Below, piece after piece: positions 45,168-53,153 of a stretch of 64,000 nt of DNA (position 1 is its first letter; every line of letters begins with the position of its first letter). Below the pieces are notes generated by a model. That model was not told where the DNA came from. It saw only the letters and a program-made list of their open reading frames with translations, and searched no databases. Made by a program: the position numbers and the translations under genes. This DNA is from an uncultured Gaiellaceae bacterium (GTDB lineage: Bacteria; Actinomycetota; Thermoleophilia; Gaiellales; Gaiellaceae), in assembly GCA_963850995.1 (NCBI GenBank), contig CAWKNQ010000017.1, positions 11,115-75,114 on the forward strand, given 5' to 3'.

Positions 45168-47267
45168 GGCTCGTCTCTACTGCGCGCTTCAGCTCGACGG
45201 CGTTATGAAGCTGATCCCGCCGTTAGCTGAACAGAACCGCGAGGACGACGTCGCATCTGTAGGACAGGGCTGAGATATCGGCCACACGTTTTGTTTGCTC
45301 TGGATGAGCTGTTCGTCGTCGCTGCTGAAAGCGCTGTAGAGCTTGATGGCGCTGCCCACGACGAGCGCGATCGATCGTGATCGCAGTGCTCGGATCGTCA
45401 GACCTGGCCATTCCGGCTAAGGTCGGTGATCACAGATGCTGACGAACTGCGACCTCCGGCTGCGAAGCGGTGCGGACGATGAAGATCGCCGAGGCCGGAA
45501 CGACAGCGCCGCCACGACGAGAACGCGAGGATGTCAGCGATCGGACGGATCTGCGATCAGCAGCCACCAGAGCGACGTGCGGCTCGTCCGTCGAGTCTCT
45601 CGGCGGTGTCGATCCATTGCTGTCTCATAATCAGCTAGGTGTTGTTAGCTGCAATTGAGAATACTGTGTGATTCTGAAGATAGGGTAGATGGATAGGTTT
45701 TGCGATAGATAAGGTGTCGGCGGGTGGCACGGCTGCACTGTCGCTGCGGGAGTGGCGAGGTTTCGTCGGTGACGGTGAGGGTCGCTTTCTCCAAGGCGTA
45801 AGTCGTCTACTGTTGCGCTATGGTTCGTCCTGTGTTAAGCTGCGTGCTATTAGCTGATCTGACTGCGGTGGAGCGATGTTTGAGGTAGCGACAGAGGTGC
45901 TCGCTGGAATGCTGCTCCGTCGTTTAGCGGCGGTGTGACCTCCTCGATCTCGGTGAATTTCGCGAGTGGGACGAGCGTGCAGCTCGGTGCGCTGACAGCT
46001 CGTGCTCCGGCGACGTCCTGCGGCTTTTTTTTTTAGGCTCTTCGTTTTGTGTGTGTCTCTTTTTTCTTCTAGGTCTACGTCGCTATTGTTATCAATGCCG
46101 ATGATGTGTGCTGAGTGTTAGTTGCTGGTGTTGAATGCTGAGATTAGCGGAGGTGTTGTGTGCACGCGGCTCGCTGATCTCTTCTACGCCGACGCTGTCG
46201 ACGGCAGGGAGCGAGCCTCTTTTGCCGTCTGGCGTTCTAGAATGTCATTGCTCGCTAGTGACGGTTTGGATGCGAGATGATTGCGCTAGTGGTGCACTCG
46301 ATCCTCTGCGATCGACTGGATCGAGGTATTTTTGATGTGCTTATATGCTAGCTTTCTCTACATCGAGATCGGAGTGCGGCGTTGCAGATCGATAGGTTGC
46401 GCTGGCTGAATCTCGGTTCGCTACCTGTCTTCCGCAGGATTTACTCTGTTCTGTGCGTCTTTTCTGTCTGCTGTGGTCTGTTACTTCGTCGGCGGCTTGC
46501 TTTCCACGTTTTGCTTGTGTTTCGGTGCTGCTGGCCTATGTTTTGTGTGCGCTTGCTGCGCTAGTTTCAAATGGGTTCGACGAGCTCTGACGGTATGCGT
46601 CCAGTTCGGGGAGCTCTCAATGATCTGTGTGACCGCCGGTTCTTAGCGCTTGCGCTCTCGGCCGCGCTGCCGCTCCGCGTCTGTGTTCGATCGAGCCATT
46701 TCGTTATGCGTAGGGCTTGCAGTGAGATGTTAGGGCGGGTTGTGATCGAAGGGCTAGAGATCGAGCTGGCCGCGCTCTCGCTAGTAGCTAGCTGCGGAGA
46801 GTGCGTTCGTCACGTGCCGCTTTTTCGATCCTCGTCGCGAGCGCTTGTCTGACTGGTACGTCGCGCTCGGCGCTTTCGATATGGAGCGCGTCGCTGCGTC
46901 GACTCTTGCATAGCTGATGGCGTGTTGATGCGTAAGGCTCGCGTGTGCTGACGCGATGCGGCTCGCTTACTCTGTAGCGAGTACCGGTGCGCGCTAGTAC
47001 GATACTGACGAGAAGCGGTCGTGAGCACCTCCGCCCTTGATTTCCGACGTGTGCGCGTCGTCTTCGCGCGCTGCTCGCGCGCGCGCCGCTGCCCCTGTCC
47101 GTTCCACCGCGAGCGTCGGCATCGCCTTCCCGAAGGGCAGCGCCTGCGCGAGCGTCACGCGGCGTGCGCCGCTCCGCCCTGCCCTAGAACGCTGGCTGAG
47201 CGTGACTCGAGCTCCGCGGCTGCGCTGAGCGGCGCGCCGGCTGCCGCGCGCTCCGCCTAGCGTAGGA
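45168..47267. other. ~2.1 kb ORF-poor, low-GC, strand-skewed non-coding block (function unknown)
   Basis: No ORF longer than 93 aa is present and none has a recognisable family. Stops occur in all frames. Hand counts over eight 60-nt lines between 45661 and 46680 sum to A59 C98 G155 T168 (of 480). The block contains T10 (46025-46034) and GT/CT-rich tracts. GC returns to about 70% after ~47040. Confidence 0.6.
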
Positions 47268-50200
47268 CTATGGCAGCAGTCGCTCGAGCAAGGTGACGGT
47301 GTCGAGCCCTGCGTCGGTGCGGCCGCGGTCGCGGCCGGGGCCGCCGTCGACGGCATCGCGGATCCGGTCGCGCGCCTGGATCATGTCGGCACCGCGGCCG
47401 CCGAGGAGCCGGTCAGCGCCCGGCCCGCCGGTCAGTGTGTCGTCGCCGAGCGCCCCGTAGACGCTGTCGTTGCCGCGCCCACCCTCGACAGTGTCGCCGA
47501 CCGGCGCCGCCCCAGACGGCGTCGTTACCGAGACCGAGCGTGATGCGGTCGTTGCCGGGGCCGGCGCAGACGAAGTCGTTACCCGACCCCATGTCGACCT
47601 GGTTCGTGCCCATGCCGGTGAACACCTTGTCGCGTCCCGGCCCCGCGTCGAAGGTGTTCCGGCCGGCGTCTCCGAGGAGGAGGTCGTTGCCCGGCCCGCC
47701 GGAGAGCGCGTCGTCTCCCGGGCCCGCCGACCACCGTGTCGTTGCCGGCGCCGCCGGAGAGCGTCTCGTTGCCGGGGCCGCCGTAGATGACGTCGTTGCC
47801 GCCGCGGGCGTCGATCGTGTCGTTGCCGCCGCGGCCGCAGATGACGTCGTTCCGGAGGTGCCCTGGAGATTGTCGTCGCCCGGGGTGCCGACGATCGTGC
47901 AGCGCGCGTTGCCGGCGACGAGCGGCTCGACCTGCACGGTCGCGGTGGCGCGGTTGTCGGCCGGTGTCGGATCGGGTGTCGCGGCGGCGACCGTGGCGGT
48001 GTTGTCGTACGTTGCCGGTGCTGTGACTGCGATGACGGTGATCGTCACGCGGGCGGTGGCGCCGGCGGCGAGGTTGCCGAGGGCGCAGGTGACGGTCTGC
48101 CCGGACAGCGGGCAGGTGCCCTGCGAGGCGGTGGCGCCGGTGAGCAGGAACCCGGTGGGCAGGGTGTCGGAGACCTGAACCGCCGGCGCCGGGAGGCCGC
48201 CGCCGTTCGAGACCTCGATCGTGTAGGTGAACGGGTTGCCCACCGTCGGCGCTGCCGGGTGTGGCGCGCTTCGAGACCGTGAGGTCGAACGGCAACGGCG
48301 CGTAGCGCGGGCGCTACGGCCGAGAGCGGCGGCGCCACGACCTCGAGAGCGCGCGGCGGTGTTGTCCGACGGGTTCGGATCGGCCACGGAGGATCCGCGC
48401 CGTCGCACTGTTCGTGACGGTGCTGCCGATCAAGCTGGGCTGGGCGCGCACGGTGATCTCGAGGTCCGCGGCTCTCGCCGGCGGGGCAGCGTGCCGACGT
48501 CGCAGGTGACGGTCTGGCCGGCGGCCGTGCAGCCGGCGCTGCCGCTGACGAACTCGACACCGGCCGGCAGCGTGTCCACGACCTGCACGGCCGTGGCGTC
48601 CTGCGGCCCGCCGTTCCGCACCGTCAGCTGGAACGTCACGTTCGTGCCCGCTTGCACCGGCGCCGACGGTCCGGTCTTGGTCAGCGACAGGTCCGCGCTC
48701 GGCGCGAGCGGCGTGAACGAGACCAGAGCGTCGTTGTTGACGAAGTCGGGCTCGAAGCTGAAGACGCCGGTGATTGGGAGGGTGTTACTCGAGAGCGCGA
48801 GGTTGTCGACCTGGGTGCCGGCGCTGTCGGGCGCCAGCGTGCTCTCGATCGTGATCACGCGGTCCTCGCCGGGGCCGAGCTGGGGGATCTCGCAGAACAC
48901 GATCGGGGACCCCGGGGGGAAGCCGCTGTTCTCCCTGGTCGGGTCGTACTCACAGATGCCTGTCCCTCCGGAGATCGAGATCGCAGTTGGGGGCTTCTGC
49001 AGCGCGTCCGGCAGGATGTCGGCCACCACCATGTCCACCGTTCCGGGCCCGTCGCTGTGGAGGGTGAGCGTGTAGGTGACCGGGCCTCCCGCGACCGGCT
49101 GCGCAGGCGCGAAGGTCTTCGTGATCGAGGTCTCGGCCCACGGCACCGTGGAGATCGCGGCCGACGCGCTGTTGTCGTTGGGGTTGATCTCGGTGCCGAC
49201 CGGGGCGGACACGGTCGCGGTGTTGTTCAGCAGCGCGTCGGACGGATGGGTGTCGAAGCTATTCGCAATCGAGAGCTGTACGTCGATCGTGACCGGCGCC
49301 TGGCCTGGCGGTGATCGTGCCGAGGTTGCAGTCGGTTACCGAGCACGTGCCCTGCGAGGGAGTGATCGAATCGAGGATGAGGGGCGCGTCGAAGATCTCC
49401 GTGAGCTGCACGTTGGCGGCGTCGGCGACGCCGTTGTTGGTCACCTCGATGCGATATGTGATCGGATCGAGGAAGAGGAGGTAACCGACCGGCGTGAAGT
49501 TCGGCGTGCTGGTCACGACCTTCTCGACGTGCAGGTCGATCGCCGGCTCGCTGACGGCCCCGGCGTCGGTGAAGGAGTTGTTGTCGGGGTTGCCGTCGCT
49601 CGGCGCCTGCAGGGTCGCCGTGTTGCTGAGCGACCGGGCTGCGCGCTCGGGCTGACGAGCACGGGGATCGAGATCGGCGGATAGTCGCTGCCGGCGGCGA
49701 GCGCGTCCGGAGCGCGTGCACGTGACCGTTGTGCCCGACGGTCGTGCAGGCCCAGCCGGCACCGGTGGCCGGGCCGGTGAGGGTCAGCCCGGGGGGCTCG
49801 ATCGTGTCGGTGACCGTCACCGCCCCGGACGTCGGCCCCGCACCGACGTTGCTGACCGTGATCGTGTACGTGCTGGGCTGCCCGGGCGAGAGCGTCGGCG
49901 AGTGCGTCTTGCCGATCGCCAGATCGGGAACGAGCACGTTCGTGACGGCCGGAGCTGTCGCCACCGTGCTCGGAACTCCGGTCGTCGCGGCCTGGAAGGC
50001 GAACTCCGCCGTGTTCTCGATCGTCGCTCCCAACGCCAGCCCCGACGTGGCGACCGTGACCTGGAAGCTCACCGTGGCGCTCGCGTTCGGGGCGAGCGTG
50101 CCGCCCGTAGCTGGCCGACGCGCCGGTGCCGAGGCGCACCACCACGCTGACCGCCGGCGAACTCGCCGAGATCGTCGCCGGCGGCGTCGGTGAGCGGCTG

Positions 50201-51458
50201 CTCCGTTGAGCGTGATGCTGCCGGGGACGAAGACGGTCCCAGCCGGGAGCAGGTCGGTGAACGTCGTGCCGGTGGCGCCGTCCAGGCCCGTGTTCTGCAC
50301 ATTCACCGTGTACGTCAGCGTGTCGCCGAGATTCGCCGTGGCGTTGATCGACGGTCTTCGTCGCGGTGATCCTGGGCGCATACAGGTCGGTCGCGATCGT
50401 CACCACGCCCGGCTGGTAGGCGTCGCCGCTGGTCGAGAGCCGCACCTGCGTGCTCGTCTGCCCGTTGCCGAGCACGTTCGTCGTCCTGAACAGGTCGGCG
50501 TCGTAGCCGAGGTTGTTCTGGAAGCTCGGCTTGCGCGAGGTGACCAACACGCCGGCATTCGAGATCGTCGCGTTGAAGACGTTCGAGTTCGACGCCGAGG
50601 TCGCCGGTGGTCCCGGGTTGACGGCATTCGACAGTGCGGTAAATGCCCCCGACGCACCCTGGATCGCCGCGCCGTCGCCGTTGGTCCCAAGATCCCCCTC
50701 GTAGGCGACGATCCCGACCGTCGAGGTCACCGGGCCCGTCAGCGGCGTCTGGAAGCCGCTCAGCGGGATCGTCACCGTCCCGCTGCCGCGTGACGGTCTG
50801 CATCCCGTCGAACACCGACAGGTTGCGGCTCGGCGCCGCCGGGTCCCCGTAGGCGACGACGAGCGCCCAGCCGCCGGACTGCGCGTCGCTCTTCCCGGTG
50901 CCGAGCTGCACGTCGGCGGTCCAGTAGGTTCCCGCGCCCGCGCATCGCGACGATCGAGGTGACGTCGACGAACCCCTGGTACTGCGTCGACGACGTGTCG
51001 ACCGGTGCTGGGGCGGTCAGCGTTGTGTAGGTCGCGTCGCCCGGGGCTTTGAACTTGACCGTGTTGTTCGCGGACGGGTTCTTCGCCGGCGACCCTCCCG
51101 TGCCGGGGGTCAGCTTGCCGCCGAAGTACAACCCGGCGAACAGCACCTTGGCCCCCGCCGGCATCACGAGGTCCGCGGAGCTCGAGTCGAACGTGGCCGG
51201 GTCGCTGTCGGCGTCGATCCACGTCATCGTCCGGTCGTTGTTGTTGAGGCCCGTGCCCACACCGTCGCGGACACTCGGACAGGCGGCGAGCGCGTCCAAG
51301 CAGGACATGATCGAGTTGGCGGCGATCGTGATGTCGCCCTGCGTGTTGACGCTGAAGCGCGGGCCGAACGCTCGGTCCGCGGCGACGTCGGGCGGCACTG
51401 CACCGACGACCGCGCAGAGCGCCAGGAGCACGAGCAGGCGAGTCCCGTACCTGGGCAC
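47268..51458 (-). pseudogene. Large secreted adhesin-like protein: N-terminal domain, DUF11-type repeat domains, C-terminal hemolysin-type Ca-binding (RTX-like) repeats; heavily frameshifted
   Basis: GTG at 51458 is followed by a signal peptide (RLLVLLALCAVVGAVPP), then FSVNTQGDITIAANSIMSC. DUF11-like units follow ([80 protein letters not shown]). Next come [41 protein letters not shown] and the tail ...DGGPGRDRGRTDAGLDTVTLLERLLP*. The pieces are spread over at least 9 ORF fragments in three frames. Confidence 0.7.
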
Positions 51459-51549
51459 GACGCACCGAGAGTAGAGACAAAAGGAACACGGGGTTGGGCT
51501 GCGCGCGACGAGCGCCGCTCCACGATGGGCGGCGTCAGTGCGGCCGCCG

Positions 51550-52056
51550 TCACGAGCACGAGCTGCCACATGGGAGGCGAGCCGGCCACCAGGTCGGCGC
51601 GGCGGAACGCGTGCACGGCGAGCAGAAGCACGGCGATCCCGAGAGCGCAGCTCGCGCGAGCGCGACTGCGGCACGCCGGATGAGCAACGCGCCGACGGCG
51701 AGCACGATCGCGGCCAAGTAACAGACTGTTGCAAGGGTGAAGAGCGTCTCGAGCCCGGCCGGCGCTTTCCCCTCCGGCCACGGGGCGGGCGGGATATGCC
51801 GCTCGAGCCCCTGGACGAAGCCGAACACCGTGACGATGCCGAAGAGAACGAAGAGCGCGGCGAGCCGCGGGTGCGGCCTCGGGGCGAGCTCGTTGAAGCG
51901 CGCGGCCACCTCCTCGGTCGTGCCGAAGCGCTCCATCGCCTCCTGGTCGCCGCCGTCGTCCAGCAGGTGCGCCTCCACCTCCGCCAGGATCCGGCGCCTG
52001 CGCCACGGGGAGACGCGAAGCTGCGCGGCGAGGGCGGCGAGGTAGTTGTTGATCAC
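51550..52056 (-). CDS. PadR-associated membrane protein (DUF1700-like N-terminus); C-terminal part probably frameshifted near ~51650
   Basis: A GTG at 52056 overlaps the PadR stop (GTGA). INNYLAALAAQLRVSPWRRRRILAEVEAHLLD is followed by TM segments. After ...AVALARA a better TM-like continuation (ALGIAVLLLAVHAF...) lies in another frame. Confidence 0.5.
   Translation of the reverse strand: MINNYLAALAAQLRVSPWRRRRILAEVEAHLLDDGGDQEAMERFGTTEEVAARFNELAPRPHPRLAALFVLFGIVTVFGFVQGLERHIPPAPWPEGKAPAGLETLFTLATVCYLAAIVLAVGALLIRRAAVALARAALSGSPCFCSPCTRSAAPTWWPARLPCGSSCS
51713..51735. repeat. Degenerate copy of the 23-bp palindrome (CCAAGTAACAGACTGTTGCAAGG, 3 mismatches in one arm)
   Basis: Read directly. 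It lies inside the membrane-protein coding sequence and is translated as LATVCYL within a predicted TM helix. Confidence 0.8.
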
Positions 52057-52361
52057 GCGACGACCGCCCCGACTGCGTTTGCGAACACGAGCCACTCCTC
52101 GCGCCTACGGGCGAGCTCGCGCCGCCCGCTTCGCGTGAGCGAGTAGACGCGGCGGCGTCGACCCGACTCTGTCGACCAGCGGCTCGCGACCACGCCGGCC
52201 GCCTCGAGCCGGTGCAGTGCGGGATAGACGGTTCCCTCTGGCAGCTCGAACCCGCCGCGACGCCGCAGTGTTTCGATCACGGCATAGCCGTGGAGCGGCT
52301 TGTCCGCGAGCACCGACAACAGCAGCAGGTCGAGGTGGCCCTTCAGCTGCTCCGCCTTCAT
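52053..52361 (-). CDS. PadR-family transcriptional regulator
   Basis: ATG at 52361. The protein reads MKAEQLKGHLDLLLLSVLADKPLHGYAVIETLRRRGGFELPEGTVYPALHRLEAAGVV. Confidence 0.85.
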   Translation of the reverse strand: MKAEQLKGHLDLLLLSVLADKPLHGYAVIETLRRRGGFELPEGTVYPALHRLEAAGVVASRWSTESGRRRRVYSLTRSGRRELARRREEWLVFANAVGAVVA

Positions 52362-52379
52362 ACCTAGCAATTCTAGGTA
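52361..52379. promoter_or_regulatory. Palindrome TACCTAG-CAATT-CTAGGTA abutting the PadR start codon (candidate autoregulatory operator)
   Basis: Read directly. The 7-bp perfect arms form a low-GC island. Confidence 0.45.
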
Positions 52380-52407
52380 AAGCGCACGCGGAGCGCAAGT
52401 CCGGCGC

Positions 52408-53088
52408 CTAGTAGTCGGGAATGAAGCTCGACAGCCCCCGACTGCGCAGGCGGTCTGCGTACTCGGCCTTGAAGGCGCTCTTCGCCCGTGACGCTTCGCG
52501 CGACGCTTCCAGCTGGGCCTGCCAGAGCCGGTCGGCCGCGGCGTCGCCGTCGTAGCGCGCGACGATCCACTGCCGCACGAGCCGGTCGTCGGCGAGAGAG
52601 GCGGTGATCGAGTCGCGCAGCAGCGCGAGGGCGTCCGAGAGCTCGTCCGGCGTCGAGAACGCCGCGAGCGCCGCATGCAGCCCTTCGCGCTGCTGCACGA
52701 TCCTGTCGATCTCGTGAAGTGCCGCCGCGCGTGCGATTTCCGGCGGGCTGGACTGGACACGGCTGATCAGCGAGCCGAGGTTGCCCTTGGTGCGCGCCGA
52801 CTCGGCGAGGAGCTCGTTGAGATTGCCCAACGCTCGGTCGAGCGACGGCGTCTGAGCCGACCTCACGACGGCCGGTTGCGTGCGCGCCGGCTCGGTCTGA
52901 GCAGGCGTCGCGGACGACCCGATCACGCCGGCCTGGACGAGCACGGTCGCGAGCCCGACGAACGAGCCGACGACCGTGGCGAGGCCCGCAAGCAGCTTCG
53001 GTGCGCCGGTCCAGAACGACGCGTCCGGCGACGCAGCAGTAGGCGTGACGTCGACCGAATCCGGCGGCAATGAGTGTGCGGTATCCAA
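52408..53088 (-). CDS. Membrane-anchored hypothetical protein
   Basis: A 226-aa ORF with one TM segment (LLAGLATVVGSFVGLATVLV) and a helical C-terminal domain. Confidence 0.5.
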   Translation of the reverse strand: MDTAHSLPPDSVDVTPTAASPDASFWTGAPKLLAGLATVVGSFVGLATVLVQAGVIGSSATPAQTEPARTQPAVVRSAQTPSLDRALGNLNELLAESARTKGNLGSLISRVQSSPPEIARAAALHEIDRIVQQREGLHAALAAFSTPDELSDALALLRDSITASLADDRLVRQWIVARYDGDAAADRLWQAQLEASREASRAKSAFKAEYADRLRSRGLSSFIPDY

Positions 53089-53153
53089 CGGCCCTCCACC
53101 ACGGGACGGCTGGATGCGGCGTCTTCTTCCCTGCGCGGGGGTATCCTCGGCCC

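Noticed and set aside
46382-46852. ORFs 46382..46564 and 46571..46852 are in the same frame, separated by a single TAG (possible stop-codon readthrough or recoding)
   Set aside because: The combined translation is Cys/Leu/Val/Arg-rich with no motif, RBS or codon-usage support. TAG is frequent in all frames here, so the alignment of frames is most simply chance.
45168-47267. The A-poor block as a diversity-generating retroelement template or variable region, a retron, or a CRISPR array
   Set aside because: There is no reverse transcriptase, no cas gene, no regularly spaced direct repeats and no TR/VR pair with adenine-specific differences in the window. A depletion extends over more than 1 kb rather than a ~100-nt repeat.
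45168-47267. The skew inversion as the chromosomal replication origin or terminus
   Set aside because: There are no dnaA or dnaN genes nearby, no obvious DnaA-box clusters and no dif-like site. The skew is far larger and more local than chromosomal replication skew. G exceeds C on both sides in my hand counts, which does not fit a simple origin.
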